Source: Mytilus edulis
Lineage: Eukaryota
DNA: 64,000 nt
Assembly: GCF_963676685.1 (NCBI RefSeq)
Contig: NC_092348.1
Location: forward strand, 8,556,001-8,620,000
Direction: 5' to 3'
Made by a program: the position numbers and the translations under genes. Positions 12,930-26,490 of the stretch are shown one piece after another. Below the pieces are notes generated by a model. The model saw only the letters and a program-made list of their open reading frames with translations. It ran no database searches and was not told the origin of the DNA. Positions within the stretch are counted from its first letter, which is position 1; each line of letters starts with the position of its first letter.

Positions 12930-15900
12930 ATGTCTACTGCTGAACTTCAAGATTATTTAAAGACAGCTACAGGAGTAGCCAAGGAGGCAGGGGAGGTAAT
13001 TATGAACTTAAGCAATGTCATTGATAATTTATATTCACATTTTTTTATTTGGATTATAAACCAATAATGAATTTAAAAACTTATTTATAAGGTACATATA
13101 AAAATAAATTACAAAAATTTCCTACAGGTACTGAATTTTTTTATAAGTTAATTTTTTGTTTTGCAAATTTTCAGTATGTTGGAATGATGTTGAAGTGATG
13201 GCACAGTCTTCAACCTGACCCAAATGCACAAATGAATATTATATTCTCCAATATGTTTACAATTTAAGGTGATTGTTGTGTTGAAATGATACATTTTGGT
13301 CTTACAATATACGCTGCATTGTTATTTATCTTTTCTCAGGCAAAATATTCCAATTGAACACACTTAAACACTCTTTAAAGTTATATATACATGTATGTAG
13401 TTGAATAGAAAGAATAGGCTACCCCCTTTGCAGAGATGCAAACAGTTTTTTTTTCCTGTCAGACATTGGGGCCTACAGGGTACGAAGTTTTGCCAGACCC
13501 ATCACATTTCTGCCAGACCTATATTTTCACTCAAAATAATCTATGTAAAAACTTTGTAATATGTCTATAAATAACAATGAAATGTAACTGTTTCCTGTTA
13601 AGGGGTTTCCCGAATTTTCCCGCTAAAAAGCACATGGCTTTCAACAATTGTAAACAAAGCATTCAATTTTTGATCATGGATTACAGCTTTAATTAATTGA
13701 ATTTGGATATAGATATTCAACTTAAGGTACAGTCAGGCAATGTTTTTACTTTTTTCTGGATTAAAACTAATTTGAAAGAAAAGTTTAAAAAATAAAATAT
13801 ATTGTGAATATTCAGTGACCCATAGATTTTTTGAACTCTGCTACGGAGGTTAAAGTTACGTCATTTTTCAAACCAATGGTGTGTATTCTCTGTTAAATAA
13901 CTGCGTTTGATATAAATATTTCAATAAATTAACAATGTCAAACATACGATTTCAAAACTGAAATTTATACTGCAAAAGGTTTTATTTTTATTTTTTAAGG
14001 AAGGATATTTGGAAGGTGTCCGGCTATAATAGTTATCATTAAAACAGTTTGAACTCCCGATTTCTATTATGTAATCGAAGCCTTGAATGTTGTTCTATCT
14101 AATCATGCAACGTGGTTGTAAATTCACAATTTTATAAACAAAATACTCTGCCAGGACCGACCGGGGAATTAAGTTTTGGCTGACCCAAGCAGACTAAAAT
14201 ATTGACGGCCATCAGGTCCTGCACAGCAACGAGTTTTGCCGGACCTGCATAAATTCTGCCCCTTAGGTCTGACAGGTCCGACGATTAGTTGCATCTCTGC
14301 CTTTGACAAATAGGGAAAAACAGAAAAATGAAATGAATGTTACTTGAAGAAAAATGGTATAAGGTTATAGAAAAATAAAATAAGATAAAAATAGAAAGAC
14401 AAAAAAAAACAAAGTATACTAAAAAAAAACACCTAAAAAACCCATGCTAAATGTTTAAAATGAATATTACCAGTAAAGTTAGTCATTAAACTGTCATTTG
14501 AATTCTGGTATTAAGGGTCATTGGCTATTGACATGACCTGTTTGGATTGATATTCATATCAGTATACATGTATATCTCATTATTTAGTTGGACAAGGCTT
14601 GTTGTATTTTAAACATTAAGATTGATAATAAATGGGTATGACTCAATGATCGGACATTCTTTGTCAGAAATTACCCAAAATTTATATTCCAGGTAGTTAG
14701 AGAGGCCTTTTACAAAGAGAAATCCTTACAGACCAAAAGTAATTATGCTGACCTAGTGACAGAAACAGATCAGGCCGTAGAGAAACAGATAATTAACTCA
14801 TTGAAAGAAAAATATCCAACTCACAAGTAAGGATAATAATCATTATGAGGCGACATATCTCAGTTTTACATTAGAAGTATGAAGTCCCATGTCACATTTG
14901 CTTTTAACACACACAAATACATTACTATATGGATTCATTAATTTTCGTGGGTACCAATTTTCATGGATTTAGGAAAATTTTCATTTTGCTGGATATTTGA
15001 TTTCGTGGTTTTGCCAAAGCCTGCATACATTTCTATATAACATTTGTAATTCATTCCTCAATGAAATTCGTGGTTCCCAGGTTATGATTAAATCCATGAA
15101 AATTGGTATCCAATGAATAATAATGAATCAAAAATAGTCTGCACTGTTAGCCACTAGTCTGATGGATGTTCCGGATCCAGACAAGTAAAATTTTATTCGG
15201 ACAAGTAAATATTTGCAGAACTTTCTAATGACACATAAGGAAAAGGTGAATATATCCTTCTTCAAAATAGTTGTTGGAATATATTTTGGGCAGACTAATA
15301 CATCACTGTGTATGTTGTGAGAGCGTCAGAAACCTAGATATTTATATAAGTTTTAACAAAAATTCCAAGATAAAGTGCTTCAGTATTGATTTAGAATGAA
15401 AATAATTTACAAAAGAACTGATTTCAATAAAATTGAGAATGGAAATTGGGAATGTGTCAAAGAGACAACAACCCTACCAAATAAAAAACAACAGCAGAGG
15501 GTCACCAACAGGTCTTCAATGTAGCGAGAAATTCCCGCACCCGGAGGCTTCCTTCAGCTGGCCCCTGAACAAATATATACTAGTCCAGTGATAATGAACG
15601 CCATACTTATTTCCAAATTGTACACAAGAAACTAAAATTAAAATAATACAAGACTAACAAAGGCCAGAGGCTCCTGACTTGGGACAGGCGCAAAAATGCG
15701 GCGGGGTTAAACATGTTTGTGAGATCTCAACCCTCCCCCTATACCTCTAACCAATGTAGAAAAGTAAACGCATAACAATACGCACATTAAAATTCAGTTC
15801 AAGAGAAGTCCGAGTCTGATGTCAGAAGATGTAACCAAAGAAAATAAACAAAATGACAATAATACATAAATAACAACAGACTACTAGCAGTTAACTGACA

Positions 15901-18900
15901 TGCCAGCTCCAGACTTCAATTAAACTGACTGAAAGATTATGATTTCATCATATGAACATCAGGCACAATCCTTCATTCAGATCATGAGTTTCCAAGCTTT
16001 TCTAAAAAAAGAACTAAAAAGGTCTATTCTACTTTATGTTTAAAAGACCTCTTTGGATCGTCTGGTTTTGTTGGAATAATACATACTTTCAAACATTTGA
16101 AGGCTGAAATTTCATTGGTTGGTGAAATAATTTATACCAGAACAGAATGTAAAACAGAGTTGTCAGATCCTTAGCTTGTAATCAAAGCTTATCGCATGAT
16201 TTGTATTTAAATCTGATTGTATTTCTATTAACTTTTAGTAAAATAATTAACACTATTTATAACCCCTGGTGTAGATCACATTGTCAATATCTAAAGAAGG
16301 CTGTTTCATCTTTAGCCATATGAAATCCTTTTGAAGTTTTGATTGACGTAAATTTTACATGTTTGCTTCATATTTGTCATTATACTACTCAACATACATA
16401 AAATATTTGCCACTGGAATTAAACAGCCTCTGGTATATAACCCCTTTATTTTCTAGATTTATTGGTGAGGAATCAGTAGCAGGTGGCCATAAGACAGAAT
16501 GGACAGATGACCCCACATGGATCATTGACCCCATAGATGGAACAACTAACTTTGTTCATCAAATACCACATACATGTGTGTGTATAGGACTCTCTATTAA
16601 AAAACAGGTACGACCTTGAACAATGAAGTTTATACATCAAATATCACATAAATGTGTGTGTATAAAACTCTCTATTAAAAAAACCCAGGTACGACCTTGA
16701 ACAACTAACTTTGTACATCATATACCACATACATATGTGTGTATAGGACTCTCTATTAAAAAACAGGTACGACCTTGAACAACTAAACATGTACATTAAA
16801 TACCACATGTGTGTGTAAAGGACTATCTTTTAAAAAAAAACAGGTACAAGCTTACACATCAGTTCTTAAAGTGATCGAAATTAATATTCAATCAAGGTAC
16901 TGAGAAAACAAATTTAGTTGTTTAAAAGCTGCTGAAAATTGAAAATACACCACAAAATGTACCCTCACCTTTTCGTCAGATACAGCACACAAGTTGCACA
17001 AGAGTGATTGTATAAAACAAATATCATTTATGTTAATTGTGCACTGCAGATTCATTTACTTTCAATTCATTATTTTCTTGAGTACCAATTTTTATGGATT
17101 GAGTAACATTTGTATTGCATGGAGATTTGATTTTATTAGTTTGACAGTCTGTGTACAAGCTAATAAAAAAATATTCTTTGTTGAACATTTAAATCTGTGG
17201 ATTACCCGAGCACTTATCTACAAATCTTTTCACCACAAATGATAATGAATGTAAAGTTTTCAAATTTCTCTAACACTTACACTAACAAGAGTGGTGCTTA
17301 TTATTTGGAATTTGTTTACATTTGGAAATGTTTCATTTATAATAATTAAAATTTCTATACATTGTACTTTAGATGGTAGTTGGTGTGGTTTATGCCCCGA
17401 TTTTAAATGAAATGTATACAGGAGCTAAAGGACAGGGAGCATTCTGTAATGGTGAACGGATATCTACTTCACAACAAAATGGTAATTATGTTGGGAATAA
17501 CTGTATGTAATATCAACATTAAATTGTTTATTGACCATAGAACACAAGAACTTACTAGATCTAGAGGTCCAAAGTCTAAAACCTGGTATTATTTTATAGA
17601 TTTCATTGTAAGTAAATTAAATATCAGTTTAAAGATATATAATAGGGTTTATTGATCAGTTGCCTAATCATCATTTGATGCACAAATTTAAAGTAAATGT
17701 AAAAAATTTCTTCAATGAATTTATTTTCCCAAATTATTAAAATGTGTAGCCATTTTAGTGCATTAAATCACAGTTATGTTATCTCAATGGCATGTTACAT
17801 ATATATGTTCCAGACCGTATGAGTATTTGGACTGTACGTGTACGGTCTGGACCGTGTGCGTACTTTTTCAAAATACTCATACGGTCTAACTAATATTCTA
17901 ATGCAATTATTTTGTAACAATTGTTTTGATTGGATTACAGCAAGCGTAAAATTCTCTATCTCCTTGTCTGTAACTAAGGAAGCCGACATTTGGAATTTCG
18001 GAATGTATTGACATGTTATTTCTACAATAATAAACAAAAAACTCACTTGTTGCGTCTAAAAATCTTATTTTTATCAAATTTTATTACATTCTGAAGCGAC
18101 ACAGAAGCCAGAAAAAGCCCGGTGTTTATGTTTGACAGCGGAAGCATACCTATGACGTCACGTAGTGTAGGAACCAAACGGAAGATAACATCTTTTCGCG
18201 GAATTTTCTTTAATGAAGATTTTACACTGAAATTATGATTGAAATTTAATTATGAACTTATTTTGCATTAGAATAGAGATAACTGTATTGTATTTGAAGC
18301 TTTAAGGACGTCCATCGGTAGTTTTACTGTCGCAAATACCTGTTTACCTGTCTCCGCTCCGCGTCGCCAGGTAAACTAAATTTGCGACAGTAAAACTACC
18401 GATGGACGTCCTTAAAGCTTCAAATACAATACAGTTATCTCTTAATTAAGAAGTTGGAAGTTAATTAGATGCATATAACAGATCAATATAACTTAACTCT
18501 CAAATTGATATAAAAAAGTTTAATTGTAATTGAAAAAAAACCTTTATATTTTAATGATTTAAAAATTTCACGCTAATTGAATCTATTACTCTCTTGCATT
18601 TAGCATGTCGATCACTCAGTAAAATAATTGAACTACCATGATCACTAAAATTGAAAATATCGGAAGTAAATATAATGTGGGAAGACAATTGTTTTAGAAT
18701 ATTTGGTGACTTTACAAAAAAATGCAAATGCTAAGGAACACACACGAACTGCAAAAATGTAAATGTAAAAAATATTAGTACGTTACTTGTGGTAGCAAGT
18801 GTGAAATTAGTTGAGAGTACCAAAATTAGGATCAAGATATACAATTAAACAAATATTTAATTTCAATTGTTCATTTGTTCATTTGATCCGTGTAATTGTA

Positions 18901-21608
18901 GTACATGTAATATTAATTAGTTAAACTAAAAACAAAGATTGTGATTAATGTTAATTTGTTTAAATTTAACCCATATGATCTTATAACATGTATGGTCAGC
19001 TCGTACTGGACCATACGTATCGGTCCAAATACTCAAATGGTCTGGAAGATATTTATGAGTAGGACATTTTTATATGCCAACACATTATGATATCCTTTGG
19101 TTTATTCAGTCTATTCACTTCAGCTGTCTGTCTGTCTTTCTGTTAAGTGAACTTTGACCTACAGTTACAAAAAATACAATGTAAAGTCCTACAGTTACAA
19201 AAAATACAATGTAAAGTCTATCTATTAATATAGATGATTATCAGAGTAGTCATTTTTACAATGTCACAAATATTGAAAGTAAGCCCCCTTTTTTTTTTTT
19301 TTTTTAACATTCATAAATTCTTTATTGCACTCTTTGCTGTTTTAACAAATTACTTAATGTATAGCATTCCATCAAGTATCCCTGTTACATACAATTATAA
19401 CTGATATCCTGGTAAGCCCCCATTTGATTTTAACCATTCCCCTAGTAGTTGTATGAGAGTAATGTGTTATTAATCACAAATCCTAGGCAATACTCATTTG
19501 TCTATCAAAAAACTCAAATTTTGTTTACTCTGGTTGGAATATTTTAATATAATGAAATGTTTTATAAAGACAAACTACCTTTTGATTTTGAAGATTTTCT
19601 ATCATCTGTACATATAGTCATTTAAGAGTTATGGAACTTTGATTATTAAAAAATAGGCATATCTTCATACTTCTGTGATACAGTCATAACAGTTACAATT
19701 CCTATTTGTTCTGAATACTTGAAAGTTCTAGGTGTTGTATAAGGAAACTTCTGATAAGTTTCAGACACTTATGATTCAATCAACAATCTTGTCATAAGTT
19801 TCATCTGTATTTCTCCACTTAATCATATATCAACTCTTTTTAACATCAGTATGGGTTCACTTAAAATATAAAATGAATATATATCTATCTAATAAAATAA
19901 TATATCTTTTCAGACCTCAAACAATCTATTATATATCTGGAAGGTGGATCCTCAAGAGAACAAGATGTATTAAGAAGAAAATTTAATATTTATCATAAAG
20001 TTGTTGAGACTACTCGTGGGTATGTTCTTTAGATAACTGTGAAATAAATCTTTGGCCATTTTGAAAACACTTAATGTAAATTGATGATTTGCCTTTGTTT
20101 CATTGATATTTTATGTAGGTCATATTTCATACAGTTATAACTTTTTATTCAAAGCTATGCTGCTAAAGTTATGATAATGTGGTCAAGATATCACATTCTT
20201 GCTGTACCTATATTATTACCATAGTTATAAATTACTACAAAGCAATCAAAAACCACACATACCAACCAAGCGTTACAAATATATATAAAAAAATCAAACT
20301 TTTTAAAAATCATAAATATCTGTATTTTTGACTCTTTGATTGAATTTGAATTGCTAATGGTTACTATGATATTACATTAGCCTCTAACCAAAATAGTAAC
20401 TAGAAAGTACACAAGTTTGTTTTGGCAAATTTTATGTAAATGTTCAGCTTCTATGGTATTTTTTAATGAGATTTTCTTTTTGGTCTTTAATTTACTTTCT
20501 CTTTTAAATTTGGTTTGCACTTTTTCAGAAAATAGGTTTTTTCGAGATAATCTTTTGCCAATTGGCTTCAGTCCTAGACTGTCTATGATATTTTATTCTT
20601 TAACAACTACTAAATAAATTAACTTAATAAGAATTTACAGTTTTCTATTAAAACCTTTTAGTTATTCACCTGAATCAATCCTTTACCAAGTTTATAATTT
20701 ACACAGGACGAGAACATTAGGTTCAGCAGCAATGAATATGGTAAATGTTGCCAAAGGAAGTGGTGATGCATATGTAGAATATGGTTTACATATCTGGGAC
20801 TTTGCTGCATCAGGGGTGATACTGTTAGAGGCTGGTGGTGCTTTGATTGATCCAGCAGGTGAGGTTCTGTTGTTTACTACATCAGGGGGGATACTAAAGA
20901 GGCTGATAGTTCTTTGATTAATCTGTGAGGTAATTATTTATGATTTTTACTGTAACAAGTATCATACGGATTCATACCTATATATAAATATATCTATATA
21001 TGTTGGTAGTCTTGATATATTTATCTACTAAGGATAAAAATTTAACAAAGATGATGATTATTTTCATATAAGGGCAGTTCCATTTCTGTTTTAGGATGAA
21101 CCCTTAATAGTAAGTCAATGATATTTGGTATGCAGTTGTTTAAGCAGTATATCTCATTTTCAGATAAATGTTTTGGCCATGCACCTTCAGTCATGGTTCA
21201 TTGACTTTGAATGTTTTGTATAGTTTACTTATTAAAGTAATGTCATTTTAGTTTCAACATTTGTATTTTACTATCAAAATAAGATATAGACAAGACATAT
21301 CTATGTGTCAGCAGTTTATTTAATTAAAATTGAGAATGGAAATTGGGAATGTGTCAGAGAGACAACTACCCAACCAAAGAGCAGAAAAGAGCGGAAGGCC
21401 ACTAACTGGTCTTCATCCCAGTGAGAAAATCCCTCATTGGACAAGTTCCTGCATTGTAGATATTGTTATTCTTGTAAAATTTTGTTTTTATTTAACAGGT
21501 GGTCCAGTAGATTTTCTTAGTAGAAGAGTTCTATGTGCCTCATCACAATCTTTAGCAGACCAGTTATCTACGACCATACCAGAACATATAGAAATGGAGA
21601 GAGACTGA
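12930..21608 (+). CDS. IMPA1: Inositol monophosphatase (IMPA1/IMPA2 family), 275 aa, 7 coding exons
   Basis: Exons 12930-12995, 14693-14826, 16457-16607, 17373-17481, 19914-20019, 20707-20858 and 21499-21608 sum to 828 nt in phase, all GT-AG. Motifs [43 protein letters not shown] and LHIWDFAAS. Confidence 0.96.
13431..14299. mobile_element. hAT-like non-autonomous DNA transposon
   Basis: Termini CAGAGATGCAA...TTGCATCTCTG; cctttg repeated on both flanks (partial TSD); subterminal gccagacc/ggacc repeats. Confidence 0.7.
14925..15131. mobile_element. MITE of the tggattcatt...aatgaatc family
   Basis: Inverted ends and similarity to 4893-5010, 17044-17250 and 45859-46040. Confidence 0.6.
15427..15975 (+). 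repeat. Interspersed repeat, 'aataaaattgagaatggaaattgggaatgtgtc' family
   Basis: Head repeated at 21325-21435; shares ggctcctgacttgggacagg...gggttaaacatgtt with 11780-11840. Confidence 0.75.
16540..16850 (+). repeat. ~78-bp tandem repeat x4 made of the 3' end of an IMPA exon plus its splice donor
   Basis: Copies start at 16540, 16618, 16699 and 16777; each contains cag|gtac, with GT at 16608, 16689, 16767 and 16844. Confidence 0.92.
17806..19049. mobile_element. Non-autonomous TIR element (TGT-type end, possibly Ginger-like) in an IMPA intron
   Basis: tgttccagaccgtatgagtatttggac versus gtccaaatactcaaatggtctggaaga. Confidence 0.7.
18275..18442. repeat. Long palindrome with perfect 63-bp arms
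   Basis: 18275-18337 is the exact reverse complement of 18380-18442; inner stem gtttacctg/caggtaaac. Confidence 0.95.
19289..19411 (-). mobile_element. 5'-truncated retroposed insert (polyA, AATAAA, 10-bp TSD)
   Basis: TSD gtaagccccc at 19279-19288 and 19412-19421; T17 run at 19289-19305; tttatt at 19321-19326. Confidence 0.85.
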
Positions 21609-22995
21609 AAAAGGCAGACTTAAACAATAAATGTTAGATTTATCAAAATAATAAGGGTGGTTTTCCTGGTTAATTCTAGTGCAAACAAACACTTAGTGCA
21701 TTGGTATGTAGAAAAATTAAAGTTAATTTTCTATGTTAGTTCTAATAGAAATAAACATTCTTTACAATCAGTGAAGGACATGAAGTGATCTGCAGAAATC
21801 CAATTTTAGATGAACTGACCCACAAGACTATAATTTGGTGTCTGAACTGCATTGTCTAGCTTTAACAATATGAATGTTCTTTTCCTGTACAACTACCTAG
21901 CCTAAACTTAACCTGAATCTGTTTAATCATGTCCACTTAAAAGTAAATTACAGGTTAAAACAAACAAAATGTAAGGTTTTATTACTTACCCTGTCACAAT
22001 GTGACAGCTTTGTACTTGTGTTTTTGCGTGGAAAATTTCATGACAAAGAGAATTTTATTAACTTTAATCAATTTTTTTTTGGAGATATTTGTCAAATTTT
22101 CAGTAATTTAAACCGCTTGAGAGTTTGATTGTAGTGGACATGCTTTTGACCTATGGCCTTTTGAATAAAGATTTTGCTCAGATACAATTATTTTCTCGCA
22201 TTTCTGCCTGTACCGATTCAGGAATGAAAGTTGTTATCCATTTGTTTGGTGTGTTTGAGCTTATGATTTTGCCAATTTAATAGGGACTGACCTTTTTAGA
22301 ATTTTCCTCAGAGTTCACTATTTTGTGTTTTTACTTTTGATCAACCCTAAAGTAAAAGTTGATACATGAGATGAATTTGTTTAAAAAGCTCTAACTGATG
22401 TTTGAATTTAATTTTAACTGCCTTACACTTAAATGTGTTACAGCCTTTTGAATTTGGTGATATCATTTTGCTATTCAGTGGTATTAAAAAGTGAATGCCC
22501 TGCATACTATCATTATAAGGCTAGGTAAAGGGACTCTTGTTCAAATTTCTTTATAAAGCATTTCTAAAATGGGTCGATACAGCATTTTAATGATTGCTTG
22601 TTTTGTGACAGTGGGTATTATTCACAGTGGGTGTTTAAGTGCTTAGTTAGGGAGCCTTGGAACTATGTTGGTGGGTTACTGTATTAAAATTTTCTTTATA
22701 CATTTAATAAATTTTAAAAGAGTCTTCTATCACTTTTGTTGTTATAGATATATGTTGTTAATGTTATATGTACTATTTTCATAGAAGTAATCAATATTTA
22801 TTACATATTTGCTGGTCAACATTTTTGTATACGTTTTGTTTATAGAGATAGGTATTTTATATTAAAATAACAGTAAAAAATAAGTCACCATTAGTTATTT
22901 TATTTGTTAGTAGTGAGACATGTGCACGCTGCAGAATTATGACATTGTATTAATTGATGGATGCTATTTGTGTGTGTCTCAACCTGTCATCAAAT

Positions 22996-23152
22996 AGTTA
23001 TCAAAGGTACCAGGATTATAATTTAATACGCCAGACGCGCGTTTCGTCTACATAAGACTCATCAGTGACGCTCATATCAAAACAGTTAAAGGGCCAAACA
23101 AGTACAAACTTGAAGAGCATTGATGATCCAAATTTTCAAAAAATTGTGCCAA
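22996..23152 (+). repeat. Interspersed repeat, 'ccagacgcgcgtttcgtctaca...gactcatcagtgacgctc' family
   Basis: Other copies near 27478-27545, 30230-30392 (reverse), 31328-31600 (both orientations) and 39568-39655. Confidence 0.8.
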
Positions 23153-23616
23153 ACACATAGAACACCAGTCATAGGGATGATAAAACAGCAGGGAGGTGTT
23201 AAATATTTGTATACAAAGTTTCATACTTCGAAGGTTGATTTTGTGAATTCTTGATACCTTTAAACAGATGCCTCATGTGAGAATTATGTCATATGTCCAT
23301 TGTCCTTGACCTCATTTTTATGGATCATCATCTCCTTAAAAATGAGTTATTTTTTCATGTGAATTTTAAAAAAATAGATTATTTAAATTTGGTATATGGG
23401 ATCCTTGCAAGTTTGCATATTCAACAAACAGGGTGACCTGACCATGATCCACTTTATAGATAATAAATCAAGGTTAAATTTTGTTATCAAGTCCTTATCT
23501 CAGATTTTATAATCAATATGTAAACAATGTTTGAAAGGATGTTAAGGCCCATTCGGGAGGTTTGATTTGACCATGACCTTATTTTTATGGATAATTTTTC
23601 AATGTTAGGTTTTCAT

Positions 23617-24158
23617 CATCTTCGCTAGCCAAGGGTTACGATCCACTCCCGCTCTCTTCACCCTTGGCAGATTGAGCTAACATTTGTGATATCAATGTTG
23701 CGCCATCTATCGGAAGATTAAAGTCACGCCCATTCCGAATACATTATTCTTGGCCAATGGTAGCACTTGAACTCTTCAATTTGGAGGTAAAAACACTGTA
23801 GCGTCTAGATTCTACACACTTGTTAAAGCCGGAAACGAAAATATACGTCAACATTCATGCATTTGTGCATGAAACATACACATGAACTTCTATTAGTTGA
23901 TTAAAACATTCAAGTTGTCACTAAATATAGTCGTATGTTAAGTGATGTAAAGACTTGTTGCGCAATAAACACGTGGCAATTGTTTACAAACACTTTCTAC
24001 ATCTACACATGATCATTTTATAGGCGCTTTTTGATTGGATGCAGCGAGTTTCTACTGCAACCAATAAAAATCATTACCTTGTGTCTCCGAAATTTTATCT
24101 CAATCCGCCAAGGGTGAAGAGAGCGGGAGTGGATCGTAACCCTTGGCTAGCGAAGATG
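23617..24158. mobile_element. Young non-autonomous DNA transposon, 52-bp perfect TIR and 9-bp TSD (MULE- or AcademH-like)
   Basis: TIR catcttcgctagccaagggttacgatccactcccgctctcttcacccttggc at both ends; TSD ggttttcat at 23608-23616 and 24159-24167. Confidence 0.93.
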
Positions 24159-24954
24159 GGTTTTCATGTATTGTTCTTTCTTTCTCAAATACTTTAAAGC
24201 AATTAGTCAAATATATTTGGTATATATAATGATTGGAATGTGTATATGTCTGCCTTGTATGGTCATCTTACCTGACTTCAATTTGATGAGTAAATGGTCA
24301 ATGTTATGTTTTTATAGCTAGTAGATAGATATAAGAAGTTGTGGTATGAGTCCCAATGAGACAACTCTCCATCCAAGGAGAAATGCCTATACGTAGTCAG
24401 ATCTATGACAGTTGTTTCCCACTCGTTCCATTGCTTAATACGATTGATTTTGTCAGTTTGTATGGACCATCTCTTTTACGACGGGTGCCACATGTGGAGC
24501 AGGCCACCTTCCGGAGCACATGAGATCACCCCTAGTTCATGTTGCTTATTCTTTAGTTTTCTATGTTGTGTCATGTGTACTATTGTTTGTCTGTTTGTCT
24601 TTTTCATTTTTAGCCATGGCTTTGTCAGTTTATTTTCGATTTATGAGTTTGAATGTCCCTTTGGTATCTTTTGTCCCTCTTTTAGGATTTACCTTAAAGT
24701 ATGATATTTTTGTTTTTTGTTATACTTTTTCGATTATATGCAACACAGGTTTTCCCTAAAGATTGATCAAGTCATGCCCCCAAAAAAGATATATTTAAGC
24801 TAGCCATGAGGATCTCTTGGTATTTGTATTCCCAAAAATGCGATTCATTTTGGTTTTCCAAATGGTTGGACTCTATTGTACTTGATGAGGGCTATATCAG
24901 AAACACGTGTTATGCACAGCGTATTCACATCACTTGATTTATTAGTATCCTTGT

Positions 24955-25745
24955 AAACAGCAACCCTTCATAAAGGAAATCCTGAAAAGAATCTTGAACT
25001 TTGGAATATAAGTATCAACTTAAGATGAAAGTTTATTATGAAGTTACGTTGCATGTCATGTCAAACATTTATCACATCTTGTAAACAAGGAATAATCTAA
25101 AGGAACTAAACATGTAGGTGAATTAATCTTACTTGACAAAGATAGATAGTACAAATGCATTTCCTACCGTTTTAAAATGTTTCAAACTGAAAGAAGCGAT
25201 AAGTACTTTAACCTTTTCATCTCTTAGTTTGTGCAATGAATGTCAAAGCGAGTTGTATAATGTATCATTTTTTACGTTCATTATACTAGTGATTGACATT
25301 GCAAGACGAAACGGTGCTCATTTGTGACGTTTGATTTATCTACCTGACTTTCACAAGATGAAAAATAAAGCCAGTCAAATTGAACCTCCTTTTATATTCT
25401 TATACCAATTAGGTTTGAAAAATCGAGACACATAATTGATCAGCAATTTTTCATTACAAAATTAAATATATCTTTTTCTTTTTAGCAGATTTATATGGTA
25501 TCAACTAGAAACAAATAATGGATTTAATAAAAATGTATTTTTTTGGATGAAATTTGACACCTGCTCTTCACCGTAAATTTAAACACGCTGAATATAAACA
25601 CAGGTCACAACACTTGTTTTGTTAGAATTTGGTGCAGTTGGTCATGCCCAACTAACATAACTGATTAGAATTTAAAAACAAGGTCAAATTAAAACAATAA
25701 CACATTTTAACAAGGTTAACATTTATGTCGACTGTTTAAAAGAAA
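24955..25745 (-). pseudogene. Block paralogous to 40265-41105; possibly a decayed LRR-gene relic
   Basis: Collinear similarity with 40265-41105 (e.g. gcaacccttcataaaggaaatcctga; cacttgttttgtt...atttggtgcagt.ggtcatg). Minus-strand fragments such as LKHFKTVGNAF look LRR-like, but there is no open frame. Confidence 0.35.
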
Positions 25746-26272
25746 GTTTTGGGCTATTTTGTTTGTTTTCAAAAATAAAAGATAACGAAAAAAAAAATCA
25801 GATAAATAATACTTGTGTACATCAATTTTAATAAAAGTTGCCTACTTCTTTTGCACATATCAACAAAATGCTGTTTTACTATTGAAATGATAAATAATAC
25901 CAGAAGTATTATCTGGTACGCCGGATTAATGTTTCATCTACACGAGACACATTAGTTGTGCATGAATTAAAAACCAATTGAAGGTCAAATCAATAACTAA
26001 GTTAAGAAGCATTGAAACCCATAAGAAAAGAAACATTAATGTTCCTACGAATATTTCATTATATGCCCTGTAAATTTTCAGGAAATGAGTATATTAATTA
26101 TAAACTCATTACATATGAAAGAGTTAAAAATGTGTACGTCAAACGAGTGTTTAGTCTACAAAAGACTCAGCAGTGACATTCGAATTAAAAACGATATTGA
26201 GTTAAAATACATAACGACATTGAAGGGCACTGAAGAAAAAAATATCAATTCAAATACAGCTTAAATGTAATA

Positions 26273-26490
26273 AAAAGTAAAAATCACAAAAATACTGAAC
26301 TCCGAGGAAAACTCAAAATGGAAAGTCCTTAATCAAATGGCAAAATCAAATGATAAAACACATCAAATGAACGAACAACAACTGTCACATTCCTGACTTT
26401 GTATGGGCATTTTGAAATGTAGAAAATAGTGGATTGAACTTGGTTTTATAGCGCTTAACCTCTAACTTGTATGACAGTCGCATCAAATTA
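26273..26490 (+). repeat. Interspersed repeat, 'aaatcacaaaaatactgaactccgaggaaaa' family
   Basis: Other copies at 33620-33740 and, in reverse, about 22210-22340, 41530-41627 and 43395-43481. Confidence 0.8.

Noticed and set aside
16359-21608. ORFs 16359, 17407, 20732 and 21330 as separate genes
   Set aside because: They are IMPA exons with intronic read-through or off-frame overlaps.
24974-24983. NF-kB-like site (aggaaatcct), also near 40285
   Set aside because: Imperfect match, expected by chance, and inside a probable pseudogene relic.
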